Assembly: GCA_045596905.1 (NCBI GenBank)
Contig: JAZODG010000047.1
Location: 1-60,711 of the forward strand
Direction of reading: 5' to 3'
Source: Clostridia bacterium
GTDB lineage: Bacteria > Bacillota > Clostridia > Christensenellales > UBA1242
DNA length: 60,711 nt
Both the position numbers and the translations under genes were made by a program. Each line of letters begins with the position of its first letter. The first letter of the stretch is position 1. Shown here in pieces: positions 1-9,609 of this stretch. The notes beneath the pieces were generated by a model. It searched no databases. It was not told the origin of the DNA and worked only from the letters and a program-made list of their open reading frames with translations.

Positions 1-32
1 TAAAAAGGAAGTCATTTCTGACTTCCTTTTTT
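1..32. terminator. Bidirectional rho-independent terminator downstream of tRNA-Lys
   Basis: Stem GGAAGTCA (7-14) / TGACTTCC (19-26), 4-nt loop, flanked by an A-run (2-6) and a T-run (27-33). Confidence 0.75.
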
Positions 33-108
33 TGGTGGACCATCGGGGACTCGAACCCCGGACCTTATGATTAAGAGTCATCTGCTCTACCAACTGAGCT
101 AATGGTCC
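33..108 (-). tRNA. tRNA-Lys (anticodon CUU), CCA encoded
   Basis: The reverse complement folds as a 76-nt cloverleaf. Acceptor GGACCAT/ATGGTCC, D-arm GCTC..GAGC, anticodon loop CTCTTAA, T-arm CGGGG-TTCGAGT-CCCCG, 3' ACCA. One G-A mismatch at pair 27-43. Confidence 0.93.
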
Positions 109-164
109 ATAAATATTAAGTTGGGTGGGGTTATCTTGAAAATGTTTTCCAAAACAACATACAC

Positions 165-192
165 ATTATAACACACATTTGAAAAAAATCAA
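165..192 (-). promoter_or_regulatory. Sigma-A type promoter for tRNA-Lys
   Basis: Minus strand reads TTGATT (192-187), 16-nt spacer, TGT-TATAAT (170-165), about 55 nt upstream of the tRNA 5' end. Confidence 0.55.
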
Positions 193-251
193 TCGATTTT
201 ATGAAAATATTTTCGATTTTTATTTAATAAATTAAAATTTTGGCTTTTCGC

Positions 252-280
252 TTGATAGTAATGCTTTTATTTGTTATAAT
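252..280 (+). promoter_or_regulatory. Sigma-A type promoter for metG
   Basis: TTGATA (252-257), 17-nt spacer, extended -10 TGT-TATAAT (272-280). Confidence 0.6.
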
Positions 281-417
281 ACGCGTATGTTGGAATTTAG
301 AAAAATGAATTCAAAAAATTATGTTTGTGCTAAAGGCGTGATGTGCTTTAGTTCTTTTCGAATGTGCAAATAAATAAAGTTAACAAAAAAGAATTAAAGA
401 CATTTAGGAGAAAAAGA

Positions 418-2016
418 ATGATAGAAAAAGAAAAATTTTATATTACCACACCAATTTATTATCCAAGCAGAAAATTTACTCTTGGAAATTGTTATACAAC
501 TGTTATCTGCGACGCACTTGCAAGATTCAATAAACTTTTAGACAAAGACGTTTTCTTTATGACAGGAACAGATGAGCATGGTCAAAAAATTGCTCAAGCT
601 GCAAAGTCTGCTGGAAAAACAGAAATGGAATATCTTGATGAGATGATTGCAGATGCAAAAAATCTTTGGGAACTTCTTGGCATTAAATATGACAAGTTTA
701 TTAGAACCACAGATGATTATCACGTTGCTGCAGTTCAAAAGATTTTTAAAGACCTTTATGATAAGGGTTATATCTACAAATCATCATATAAAGGAAAATA
801 TTGCGTTCCATGTGAGTCATTCTGGACAGAATCGCAACTTATTGATGGAAAGTGTCCAGATTGTCACAGAGAAGTGGTTGACCAAGAAGAAGAGTCATAT
901 TTCTTCAAACTTTCAGAGTTTGGTGACAAGCTTATTGAACTTTATAAAAACAACCCAGAATTTTTGCAACCAAAGTCACGTGTTAATGAAATGATTAACA
1001 ACTTCATCAAACCTGGTCTTTCAGACCTTTGCGTGTCAAGAACAAGTGTAAAATGGGGTGTTCCTGTTGATTTTGATGACAAACACACGGTTTATGTTTG
1101 GATTGACGCACTTTCAAACTATATCACTGGTCTTGGATATGGCAGTGAAGATGACACACTTTATAAAAAATATTGGCCAGCAGACGTGCATGTTATAGGA
1201 AAAGAAATTGTTCGTTTCCACGCAATCATTTGGCCAGCAATTTTGATGGCTCTTGAACTTCCACTTCCAAAGAGAATCTTTGGCCATGGTTGGCTTTTGT
1301 TTGGTGGCGACAAGCTTTCAAAGAGTAAGTCAGTTGCATCAACTGAATGTGTTGACCCAAGAATTCTTGTTCCAAGATATTCAGCAGATGCTGTTAGATA
1401 TATTCTTCTTCGTGAAATTCCATTTGGAAATGACGGAAACTATTCAACAGAGTCATTCTTTGCAACAATCAATAGCGACCTTGCAAATAACTATGGAAAC
1501 CTTGTTTCAAGAACATTCTCAATGCTTAAAAAGTATTGTGGAAGTGTTATTCCAGAATATACTGAATCAAACGAAGAAATTGATGCTGATTTGATAAAAA
1601 CTATTCATGAATCCGTTTCTGAAACAAGAAAGAATATCGAAAACAACCTTGACCCATCAAAGGCGCTTGGTTCAATATTTGAGATTTTCTCAAAAGCAAA
1701 CAAATATATCGAAGTTACTGAACCTTATCGTTTGGCTAAAGATGAATCACAAAAAGCAAGACTTGGAAACGTTCTTCGCAACTTGCTTGAATCAATCAGA
1801 ATCGGAACAATTCTTCTTTCAGCATTCTTGCCAGATTGTTCACAAAAAGTTCTTGATGCTCTTGGTATTCAAAATCCAATGTATGAAGATGCAAGAGAAA
1901 TTTATAAGCTTGTTGCAGGTGAAACTGTTGGTGAACTTGGAATCTTGTTCCCAAGAATCGATGCAGAAAAAGAATTTGAAGAACTTGCAAAAATTCAAGA
2001 AGAAAATGCAAACTAA
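418..2016 (+). CDS. metG: Methionine--tRNA ligase (short form, no C-terminal tRNA-binding domain)
   Basis: MIEKEKFYITTPIYYPS..., KMSKS-like KLSKSKS, Zn knuckles CVPCESFW and CPDCHRE. Start moved from track GTG 364 to ATG 418, 7 nt after AGGAG (406-410). Confidence 0.95.
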   Translation: MIEKEKFYITTPIYYPSRKFTLGNCYTTVICDALARFNKLLDKDVFFMTGTDEHGQKIAQAAKSAGKTEMEYLDEMIADAKNLWELLGIKYDKFIRTTDDYHVAAVQKIFKDLYDKGYIYKSSYKGKYCVPCESFWTESQLIDGKCPDCHREVVDQEEESYFFKLSEFGDKLIELYKNNPEFLQPKSRVNEMINNFIKPGLSDLCVSRTSVKWGVPVDFDDKHTVYVWIDALSNYITGLGYGSEDDTLYKKYWPADVHVIGKEIVRFHAIIWPAILMALELPLPKRIFGHGWLLFGGDKLSKSKSVASTECVDPRILVPRYSADAVRYILLREIPFGNDGNYSTESFFATINSDLANNYGNLVSRTFSMLKKYCGSVIPEYTESNEEIDADLIKTIHESVSETRKNIENNLDPSKALGSIFEIFSKANKYIEVTEPYRLAKDESQKARLGNVLRNLLESIRIGTILLSAFLPDCSQKVLDALGIQNPMYEDAREIYKLVAGETVGELGILFPRIDAEKEFEELAKIQEENAN

Positions 2017-2022
2017 TTTTAG

Positions 2023-2052
2023 AGACATTGTGAATTGCACAATGTCTTTTTT
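2023..2052 (+). terminator. Rho-independent terminator after metG
   Basis: 10-bp stem AGACATTGTG / CACAATGTCT, 5-nt loop, then TTTTT. Confidence 0.8.
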
Positions 2053-2083
2053 ATTGGAATAAAATATTGCAGGTGGTGATATT

Positions 2084-3187
2084 ATTTCAAATTTAATTAT
2101 TGACTTATCTGCAATTTTATCAAACGTTTCACGAATCAAAAAAAACTTAAAAACAGGGCAGAAGTTATGTGCAGTCGTAAAAGCTGATGCATATGGCTTA
2201 GGTGCTAGAAAAATATGCAAAACAATAAGCTCAGTGGTTGACTATTTTGCAGTGTCTTCTGCAAGAGAATTTTTTGATATAAAAAACCTGACAAATAAAC
2301 CAATTTTGATATTGTCACCAATTTATGAAAATATAACCAAATTAGCAATGGCAAAATGTGAGTTTTGTGTGTCAAATAAAGAACAGTTTCGTTTGTTTTT
2401 GTATGAAGCAAAACGAAACAAAAATATCGTGTATAAGATTCATATCAAAATAAATAGTGGCATGAACAGGTTTGGGTTTGTGTCATGTGATGATATAATG
2501 AATGTGATAGAAGAGTCACAAAAAACGCAAAACGTTTTCATTTGTGGTGTATTTTCTCATTATTTTGATGCAGAAAGCGTTGAATTTTCAACAAAACAGA
2601 TTGAAATTGTTAAAAATATTAAAGAAAAAATTGAATCAAAATACAAACTTACAAAAGTGATTTTCCATGTTGCAAGTTCCTATGGTATTGAAAATAACAA
2701 TGCATTTGACATGGTTAGGACAGGTATGAAACTGTACTCTGATGACCATTTTGAAACTGTTAAACTGAAGTCAAAAGTGATTGAAATTCAAGATGTTTTT
2801 CCAAATGAATCTGCAGGATATTCAAGGTGTTTTGTTGCAACAAAAACAACAAAAATTGCAGTTGTTGCAATTGGATATGCAGACGGAATAATGCGAAATA
2901 TTGCAGGTAAAGGATATGTGCTTATTCGTGATAAATTTTGCAAGATTTTGGCTGTTTGTATGGACTCAATTATTGTTGATATCACAGATAATCCTGTGAT
3001 GCTTTATGACGATGTTATTTTGATTGGTAAAGACAAACAAAATCAAATTTTTATTTGTGATGTGGCAGCCTGGTGTGATACAATAGGCTATGAGATAATT
3101 TCAAGGTTATCTCAGCGAATAAAAAGAAGATATAAGTCAGGTGAAATATGCAAATTATTACGGGAAAGTATAGAGCAAGAAAACTGA
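2084..3187 (+). CDS. alr: Alanine racemase; 5' end extended upstream of the track ORF, probable ATT start
   Basis: Track ORF (GTG 2234) has KINSGMNRFGF. The in-frame upstream translation (open from TAA 2060) contains the PLP-Lys motif AVVKADAYGLG (Lys codon 2180-2182). SD AGGTGGTGAT at 2071-2080, ATT at 2081 and 2084. No ATG/GTG/TTG in frame before 2234. Confidence 0.8.
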   Translation: MSNLIIDLSAILSNVSRIKKNLKTGQKLCAVVKADAYGLGARKICKTISSVVDYFAVSSAREFFDIKNLTNKPILILSPIYENITKLAMAKCEFCVSNKEQFRLFLYEAKRNKNIVYKIHIKINSGMNRFGFVSCDDIMNVIEESQKTQNVFICGVFSHYFDAESVEFSTKQIEIVKNIKEKIESKYKLTKVIFHVASSYGIENNNAFDMVRTGMKLYSDDHFETVKLKSKVIEIQDVFPNESAGYSRCFVATKTTKIAVVAIGYADGIMRNIAGKGYVLIRDKFCKILAVCMDSIIVDITDNPVMLYDDVILIGKDKQNQIFICDVAAWCDTIGYEIISRLSQRIKRRYKSGEICKLLRESIEQEN

Positions 3188-3696
3188 TTGGTGTTGATGC
3201 AGAAACCACAAGACCAACTCTTGCAAGAGTTAAAGAATCAATCTTTAATTTGATTCAATTTGATATTGCAGGAAGTGTTGTGCTTGATTTGTTTGCAGGA
3301 AGTGGAGCTTTTGGTGCTGAATGCATTTCAAGGGGCGCAGAGAAGGTTTATTTTATTGATAGTAATGAAAAGGCAATAAAGACCATAAAGATTAACACAA
3401 AAAATATGACTGAAGACTTTGAAGTGATAAAGTCAAATCACCTTGATTTTTTGAAGCTTGCATCAAACAGTAACCTTAAATTTGATATAGTTTATCTTGA
3501 TCCACCATATGAGTCAGACTTTGCTATGCAATCAATAAACAAACTTGTTGATTTGTCTCTTTTAAGCGACGGAGCAACTATTATTGTTGAGCATAAATAT
3601 TCAAATGACTTGAAAAATTTGCCAGAGTGTTGTATAATGAAAAAGTCAAAAAAATATGGAATAGCTTACGTTGATGTTATTTCATATCAAGAGTAG
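3148..3696 (+). CDS. rsmD: 16S rRNA (guanine966-N2)-methyltransferase RsmD
   Basis: MQIITGKYRARKL..TRPT, SAM-binding LDLFAGSGAFG, YLDPPY motif. Overlaps the alr 3' end by 40 nt. Confidence 0.9.
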   Translation: MQIITGKYRARKLIGVDAETTRPTLARVKESIFNLIQFDIAGSVVLDLFAGSGAFGAECISRGAEKVYFIDSNEKAIKTIKINTKNMTEDFEVIKSNHLDFLKLASNSNLKFDIVYLDPPYESDFAMQSINKLVDLSLLSDGATIIVEHKYSNDLKNLPECCIMKKSKKYGIAYVDVISYQE

Positions 3697-3704
3697 GAAG
3701 AATT

Positions 3705-4190
3705 ATGGATATTATTCAAATTATAGACGCACTTGAAACTGAATTTGCAAACTCAAAGAACTTTCTTTGGAGCAAAAAAACACTTGTCAATATGGACAAA
3801 TGTGCTCTTTTGATTGCAGAGCTTAAGGCAAACTTGCCACAAGCTATTCAAGAAGCAAGTTATGTTTTATCGAAAAAAGAACAAATATTAAACAATGCAC
3901 ATTCTGAAGCAAAACACGTTGTTGCTGAAGCTGAGTTTAGAGCAGAGCAACTTGTTAGTTCATCTGAAATCAAGAAACGTAGCGAAAAAGAAGCTGACGA
4001 AATCATGCAAAAAACAACAAAGAAATGTGAACAACTTTATGCTGTTACAAAAGAAAATGTTGATAAGCTTTTGCGTTCAGTTGAAATTTATTTAGAACAA
4101 AACCTTGCAGTTGTTAAAAGAAATAGAGATGAGCTTGAAACAGCCATCAACAATATTAAAGGCTCAGTTTTAGATGCCGACGAAGATTAA
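3705..4190 (+). CDS. Hypothetical Lys/Glu-rich coiled-coil protein (ATP-synthase b / V-ATPase G/H-like composition)
   Basis: 161 aa, no TM segment and no catalytic motif. AEAEFRAEQLVSSSEIKKRSEKEADEIM-type heptad-like sequence. Tightly packed after rsmD. Confidence 0.6.
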   Translation: MDIIQIIDALETEFANSKNFLWSKKTLVNMDKCALLIAELKANLPQAIQEASYVLSKKEQILNNAHSEAKHVVAEAEFRAEQLVSSSEIKKRSEKEADEIMQKTTKKCEQLYAVTKENVDKLLRSVEIYLEQNLAVVKRNRDELETAINNIKGSVLDADED

Positions 4191-5195
4191 TATAGTCTGA
4201 CAAATTAAAAATGAAAGACAAGCACACACAACTTTTGAAAAAACAAAGTTGTGTGTTTTTATTTGCGTATTTTTCAAAAATGCAGACATTTGCATAATGA
4301 TTGAAAACCCACCAAATGAAATGAGCGCTGAGACAATTGAAACTGTGGTGGGATTAATTAAGTTTGAAAGTTCTTTGCAGCCACGGGTGACTTCAATCAA
4401 GCCATACAAAATACCGTCGATTTGTGTTTTTGATACGCCAAGTTTTGAACATGGTGGATAGATTATTGATGAAATAAAAGAAAACACATTGAGTTTAAAG
4501 AGCAGTTCTGACACTAAATAAAACATGGTGATATAAGCCCCAACAAGCATGATTGAATTTATTGTTTTTGAAAGAGTGTTAGATATCAAGTTTGGTTCTT
4601 TTTGAGAAGGAACTACAATGAAGTTTGCTGTGGTTTTGTCAAATAAAAATTTTGCAATGATGCCAAGAATAACACTTGTGAGAATGTGTGAAATATAAAT
4701 TACTAAACCGATTTTAAAGCTTTTGAACATTTGCACTCCGACAGCTCCAATAACAAAGATTGGTCCAGAAGTTGTGCAGAAAATTGACATTTTTTTCGAC
4801 TCAGAGTCAGATATCAAGTTTTTAGATTTTAGGTCGCCGATAAGTTGGGCTCCGATTGGGTAGCCAGACAAAATGCTCATGAAAAATACATATAAAGAAA
4901 CGCCGTTTGTGCCAAAGAGCCTTTTTGAAATGGGTGAAAGTTTCTGTGAAAACTTATAGACAAAACCAATTTCTGTTAAGAGTTTTGTTAAGAACATAAA
5001 AGGGAAAAGCCCTGGGAAAACGGAGTAGAAAAAAAGTTTCAAGCCATTTATTGTGCCACTGGAAAAAAGAGACGGGTTTGCAATTATCATGAACATGATA
5101 AAGAGAATGATTGCAGAAAATAACAGGTCTTTTGTTGAGTCAGAAATTTTTATTGTAAAAAAAATTCTATTTTTGTTTGAAATTGTTTTTGTCAT
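4170..5195 (-). CDS. ylbJ: Sporulation integral membrane protein YlbJ-like (nucleoside-recognition/Gate-type membrane protein)
   Basis: 341-aa multi-pass membrane protein. It is convergent to the rsmD block, as ylbJ is in B. subtilis. The assignment rests on synteny and membrane profile. Confidence 0.55.
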   Translation of the reverse strand: MTKTISNKNRIFFTIKISDSTKDLLFSAIILFIMFMIIANPSLFSSGTINGLKLFFYSVFPGLFPFMFLTKLLTEIGFVYKFSQKLSPISKRLFGTNGVSLYVFFMSILSGYPIGAQLIGDLKSKNLISDSESKKMSIFCTTSGPIFVIGAVGVQMFKSFKIGLVIYISHILTSVILGIIAKFLFDKTTANFIVVPSQKEPNLISNTLSKTINSIMLVGAYITMFYLVSELLFKLNVFSFISSIIYPPCSKLGVSKTQIDGILYGLIEVTRGCKELSNLINPTTVSIVSALISFGGFSIIMQMSAFLKNTQIKTHNFVFSKVVCACLSFLICQTILIFVGI

Positions 5196-5241
5196 ATTAA
5201 AATATATGCTAAAATGGTGTTGTAAATTAGGAGAAATTATT

Positions 5242-6048
5242 ATGAGTAATGCAAATAGATTTTTTCATGATTTTTATGACGGACAAATTGTTAAAGAAGA
5301 GAGTGATAGATATAAACTTTTTAAGATTATGCTGGTTTCGGTAGTTTCGGCTTTTGCAATCTTTATGTATCTTGCCAAGCTGTGCAACCTTGCTGAGCTT
5401 GTGATTGTTGAAGTTGGTATGATTTGGAATTTTTACACAAAACTTAACAACAAAATGGGTGTTGTGATGTGCGTGTTTGTGTCGATGATATACTTTGTGA
5501 TTTCATGCAACTTTTATGTTTACTCAAACGCACTCATTTATATCGCATTCTATATACCATTCCAGTTGTTTGCATCAACAAAAGAATATAATCTTGGCGA
5601 CTTTGTTCAAGTTAGAAAAAAGATGAGTGATTGGGTTCAAGTTGTTTATGTTTTGCTTGCACTTTCACTTTCAATTATTTTCTATATGTTCAACTTGGCA
5701 GTTGGTTCAAGATTTGCAACTCTTGATGCTCTCAGCGCTGGCTGTTTGGTTGCTTCTGCACTTTTACGTAATGAAAGATATAGTGACTATTACACATTCA
5801 GATTCTTGGCATTGTTATTTAGTATCGCTCTTTGGGTTGCTGTCGCAACTGAATATGTTGACCCAGGTGTGTTGCTTCTTGTTGCAATGTATCTTGCATA
5901 TTTGATTTATGACTTAGTGAACTTTATCGTGCAAAAATCAACATACGAAAATCAATATATGAGAGCTGTTGAAAGATATCAACAAATTGAAAATGAAAAA
6001 GTCATCAATGCAAAACTTGAAGCATATGAACAATCAAAAACAAACTAA
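5242..6048 (+). CDS. Multi-pass membrane protein, tentatively PnuC-like (nicotinamide riboside transporter family)
   Basis: Start moved to ATG 5242 (AGGAG at 5229-5233). About 7 hydrophobic segments. ATLDALSAGCLVASALLRNERYSDYY resembles the PnuC core region from memory only. Confidence 0.4.
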   Translation: MSNANRFFHDFYDGQIVKEESDRYKLFKIMLVSVVSAFAIFMYLAKLCNLAELVIVEVGMIWNFYTKLNNKMGVVMCVFVSMIYFVISCNFYVYSNALIYIAFYIPFQLFASTKEYNLGDFVQVRKKMSDWVQVVYVLLALSLSIIFYMFNLAVGSRFATLDALSAGCLVASALLRNERYSDYYTFRFLALLFSIALWVAVATEYVDPGVLLLVAMYLAYLIYDLVNFIVQKSTYENQYMRAVERYQQIENEKVINAKLEAYEQSKTN

Positions 6049-6052
6049 AATA

Positions 6053-6087
6053 AAAAGGGAACTCTAAACAAATAGAGTTCCTTTTTT
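6053..6087. terminator. Bidirectional terminator between the PnuC-like gene and tmcAL
   Basis: Stem GGAACTCTA / TAGAGTTCC, 6-nt loop, A-run upstream and T-run downstream. Overlaps the tmcAL stop codon (6064-6066). Confidence 0.75.
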
Positions 6088-7245
6088 GTAGTCGTTGTTA
6101 TTTTGATTGCCTGCAACTGTGTTATAGATGTTGCTTGCATTAAGGTCAATGTCTATTATAAGTTTTTGTTGTTTTGAAAGTGTTTGATAGTCTTTGTTTG
6201 TTGAAATTAGATTGATTTTGCGTTTATTTGCATAAGATAAAATGTCTTTATTTGTTTTTGAAACAGCCAAGACTTTTGCAACTGCTTTTGTGGTTTTGGC
6301 TTGTTGTTCGGCTTGTTTTGTGATTTCAAGTGTTGGATATAAAACCAGTTTTTTCACTCTTGGAAGTCTATATCTTGGAGTTGAAATGTTATCAATAATT
6401 TCATCAAGTGTTGAATGCAAATTTGCCTTTTCTTTAACCCTATATTCAATGCCTTCTGAATAATCATATAATTTTTCAAGGGTTTGTGGAGTTAGTTTTC
6501 TAAGATTCCATATTATTAAGTTTTCGAACTTTAACTTGCAAATTTCATTGAAATATTTATCAAAATTTACAAATTTAGGAATAAAATTTTCATAAGGTTT
6601 ATTTTCAAAAATCAATTTTCTAATGCCGCTGGCAGATAAAAATTGTTTATTTTCTTTGTTACTGTAATATCCATTATCAACACGGTTGATTGCTATTGGG
6701 GTGAGCTTTGAGTTGAGTTTTAGCATGGCTGTGAGATATTCAATTGCCAAGATATTATTTGGCTTTTTGAGAAGTTCTTCAATCTCAATGTTGTCATCAA
6801 ATTCTTTTGCAATAGCTCTTTTTAGTGCAGTGTTATAACAGATGCCATTTTCAATTTCATTTTTAAAAGAAGAAACAAATGCTTCACTGTTTTCAAATTT
6901 TATTTTGGCGATTTTTTGTAGAGTTTCAAGCTCTGCATTTTCAACGCCAAAAGCAAGATATTTAACACCAAGAGCAGTGAGTGTTTTTATTGCACCAAAA
7001 GCAAAGTTTTCAGCGTTTGAACAAGCATATATTGTTGGCAGTTCTAAAACAGCATCTGCGCCAGCCATGATTGCTTGTTTTGCTCTTTCATATTTTTCTT
7101 GAATGGCAGGTTCTCCACGTTGAACAAAGTTGCCACTCATAAGACAAACAATGCCTTCGCCAGTGATTTTTTTTGCTTCTTTTATCAAATATTCATGACC
7201 ATTATGAAATGGATTAAACTCACATATAATTCCACAAAACTTCAT
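6064..7245 (-). CDS. tmcAL: tRNA(Met) cytidine acetate ligase (YlbM/UPF0348 family)
   Basis: MKFCGIICEFNPFHNGHEYLI (HxGH nucleotidyltransferase motif). Start moved to ATG 7245, with GGAGA 5 nt upstream. Confidence 0.85.
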   Translation of the reverse strand: MKFCGIICEFNPFHNGHEYLIKEAKKITGEGIVCLMSGNFVQRGEPAIQEKYERAKQAIMAGADAVLELPTIYACSNAENFAFGAIKTLTALGVKYLAFGVENAELETLQKIAKIKFENSEAFVSSFKNEIENGICYNTALKRAIAKEFDDNIEIEELLKKPNNILAIEYLTAMLKLNSKLTPIAINRVDNGYYSNKENKQFLSASGIRKLIFENKPYENFIPKFVNFDKYFNEICKLKFENLIIWNLRKLTPQTLEKLYDYSEGIEYRVKEKANLHSTLDEIIDNISTPRYRLPRVKKLVLYPTLEITKQAEQQAKTTKAVAKVLAVSKTNKDILSYANKRKINLISTNKDYQTLSKQQKLIIDIDLNASNIYNTVAGNQNNNDYKKGTLFV

Positions 7246-7348
7246 ATTTTCTCCGTGTATTTGCTTGAAATTTTTAATCAAGTGGTGTAATATAACTTTA
7301 TTATAAACAAAATTGTTTTATAATCAATATTATTTATGGAGATTTTTT

Positions 7349-8350
7349 ATGTCTAATGTTTTTGATAGTTTAATTGAAAAGGCAAAAGGTACAGGTAAAA
7401 GAATCGTTTTGACTGAATCTGAAGATGAAAGAATCTTAACAGCTGCTGGCATGGCTGCTGAAATGGATTTGTGCACAGTTGTGCTTTTGGGAAACAAGGC
7501 AGAACTTGAGTCAAGATATTCTGAAAAAATGCTTAAAAATATAGTTTTCATTGATGTCAATGAAGAAAACGAAAAAACAAATGAATATGCAAATACTCTT
7601 TATGAACTCAGAAAAGCAAAGGGTATGACAGAAGAACAAGCAAAAGCACAAGTTAAAGACAAACTTGTTTATGCAATGTTAATGCTTCGCTCAGGTGATG
7701 CTGACGGTGTTGTTTCAGGTGCAATCAATCACACTGCAGATGTTCTTCGTCCAGCTTTCCAAATTGTAAAGGTTAAGCCTGGTGCAAAGAAAGTTTCATC
7801 AGTGTTCATTTTTGAATCACCAAACCCAGAAAAGTTTGGAGAAAATGGATTTATGGTTTTTGCTGATTGCGGCGTTAACCCAAATCCAACTGACGAAGAT
7901 TTGGCAGAAATTGCAATTTTATCAAGTGAAACAGCTAAAAAGATTTGTGGAATGACTCCACGTGTTGCAATGCTTTCTTATTCAACAAAGTCTGGCGATG
8001 AAATGACAGACGAAAATGTTTGCAAAGTTAAGAGAGCTTATCAAATGGTTAAAGAAAGAGCGCCAGAACTTATTGTTGACGGTGAACTTCAATCAGACGC
8101 TGCACTTGTTAAGTCAGTTGCTGACCTTAAGGCTCCTGGTTCACCAGTTGAAGGCAGAGCAAATGTTCTTATTTTCCCAGATTTGAATGCTGGAAATATC
8201 GCATACAAACTTGTTCAAAGACTTGCTAACGTAAAAGCTGTTGGTCCAGTGCTTCAAGGATTGAATCAACCAGTTAACGACTTGTCACGTGGAACAAGCG
8301 CAGAAGAAATTGTTTTGAATATGGCAATAACAATTCTTCAATCATTATAA
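7349..8350 (+). CDS. pta: Phosphate acetyltransferase
   Basis: MSNVFDSLIEKAKGTGKRIVLTESEDERIL..., 333 aa, followed by ackA. Start at ATG 7349 after GGAGA. Confidence 0.92.
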   Translation: MSNVFDSLIEKAKGTGKRIVLTESEDERILTAAGMAAEMDLCTVVLLGNKAELESRYSEKMLKNIVFIDVNEENEKTNEYANTLYELRKAKGMTEEQAKAQVKDKLVYAMLMLRSGDADGVVSGAINHTADVLRPAFQIVKVKPGAKKVSSVFIFESPNPEKFGENGFMVFADCGVNPNPTDEDLAEIAILSSETAKKICGMTPRVAMLSYSTKSGDEMTDENVCKVKRAYQMVKERAPELIVDGELQSDAALVKSVADLKAPGSPVEGRANVLIFPDLNAGNIAYKLVQRLANVKAVGPVLQGLNQPVNDLSRGTSAEEIVLNMAITILQSL

Positions 8351-8376
8351 TTATAGGTTTAGTTAAGGAGAGAAAA

Positions 8377-9579
8377 ATGAAAGTTTTAGTAGTAAACGCA
8401 GGTAGTTCATCACTTAAATATCAAGTTATGGACATGGAAACAGAAAAGGTTATCACAAAAGGTCTTTGTGAAAGAATTGGTATTGACGGAAGACATACAA
8501 ACAAAACAAATGGAAACAAATTTACAGAAGATGTCGAAATGAAAGACCATACACAAGCACTTAAGGTTGTTATGGATTGTTTGGCTAGCGACAAAGTTGC
8601 TGAAATCAAATCACTTTCAGACATTGAAGCAGTTGGTCACAGAGTTTTGCATGGTGGCGAAATCTTTGATGATTCAGCATTAATCACTCCAGAAGTTATG
8701 GCTCAACTTGAAGAGCTTATTCCACTTGGACCACTTCACCAACCAGCAAACATTGCAGGTGTGAAAGCTTGCCAAGAACTTCTTCCAGGAGTTCCACAAG
8801 TTGCTGTTTTTGACACAACATTCCATGCTACAATGCCAGATTATGCATATCGTTATGCACTTCCAAATGAAGCATATAAAAACTGGAAAATCAGAAAATA
8901 CGGTTTCCATGGAACAAGCCACAAATTCATTGCAAGTGAACTTGAAAGACTTGAAGGTAAGAAAGGAAACTTTATTATTTGTCATATCGGAAACGGTGCA
9001 TCACTTTCAGCTGTTAAAGAAGGAAAGTGTATTGACACAACCATGGGTTACACACCACTTGAAGGTGTTATGATGGGAACAAGATGTGGTGACATTGATG
9101 CATCTGCTCTTGAAACACTTATGGAAAAGAAAAACATGAACATTCATGAAGCTGTTAACTATCTTAACAAAAAGAGTGGTCTTCTTGGTATTTCAGAAGT
9201 TTCTGGAGATATGAGAGACGTTGAAGAATTTGCTTATAACAAAGAAGACACAAGCGAAAAAGCTCAAAATTGCAGACTTGCTCTTAACATGCACGCATAC
9301 AGAGTTAAGAAATATATCGGTGCATATTATGCAGCTCTTGGCACAGTCGATGCAATCTGCTTCACAGCAGGTGTTGGCGAAAATGGTGCTGAATATCGTG
9401 AAAGTGTTCTTGATGGTTTGGCTGGTATGGGTATTTGTTTAGACAAAAACAAAAACACAAACTTCAAACGTGGCGAAATCAATGTTATCTCAACAGACGA
9501 TTCAAAAGTTAAGATTTATGTTATCCCAACCGATGAAGAACTTATGATTGCTAAAGATACCGCAAGACTTGCAAAATAA
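8377..9579 (+). CDS. ackA: Acetate kinase
   Basis: MKVLVVNAGSSSLKYQ, RKYGFHGTSH, 400 aa. Confidence 0.95.
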   Translation: MKVLVVNAGSSSLKYQVMDMETEKVITKGLCERIGIDGRHTNKTNGNKFTEDVEMKDHTQALKVVMDCLASDKVAEIKSLSDIEAVGHRVLHGGEIFDDSALITPEVMAQLEELIPLGPLHQPANIAGVKACQELLPGVPQVAVFDTTFHATMPDYAYRYALPNEAYKNWKIRKYGFHGTSHKFIASELERLEGKKGNFIICHIGNGASLSAVKEGKCIDTTMGYTPLEGVMMGTRCGDIDASALETLMEKKNMNIHEAVNYLNKKSGLLGISEVSGDMRDVEEFAYNKEDTSEKAQNCRLALNMHAYRVKKYIGAYYAALGTVDAICFTAGVGENGAEYRESVLDGLAGMGICLDKNKNTNFKRGEINVISTDDSKVKIYVIPTDEELMIAKDTARLAK

Positions 9580-9609
9580 AATAGTTCAAATGAAAATATA
9601 AAAATGTGA

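Noticed and set aside
281-417. Possible T-box or other riboswitch upstream of metG (also checked upstream of aspS)
   Set aside because: The metG leader is only about 130 nt. It has no T-box consensus (no AGGGTGGNACCGCG-like box) and no terminator/antiterminator pair. aspS has only a 20-nt gap to the upstream ORF.
2234-2236. GTG 2234 as the alr start (as in the ORF track)
   Set aside because: It would exclude the in-frame, perfectly conserved PLP-lysine motif AVVKADAYGLG encoded at 2171-2203, and it lacks an SD.
5053-5241. Long N-terminal extensions offered by the ORF track (also 364-417, 7313-7348, 28114-28188, 35968-36024, 10480-10515, 21025-21078)
   Set aside because: In each case a downstream ATG has a good SD at 5-8 nt and matches the family N-terminus. 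The extensions overlap neighbouring genes, promoters or leaders.
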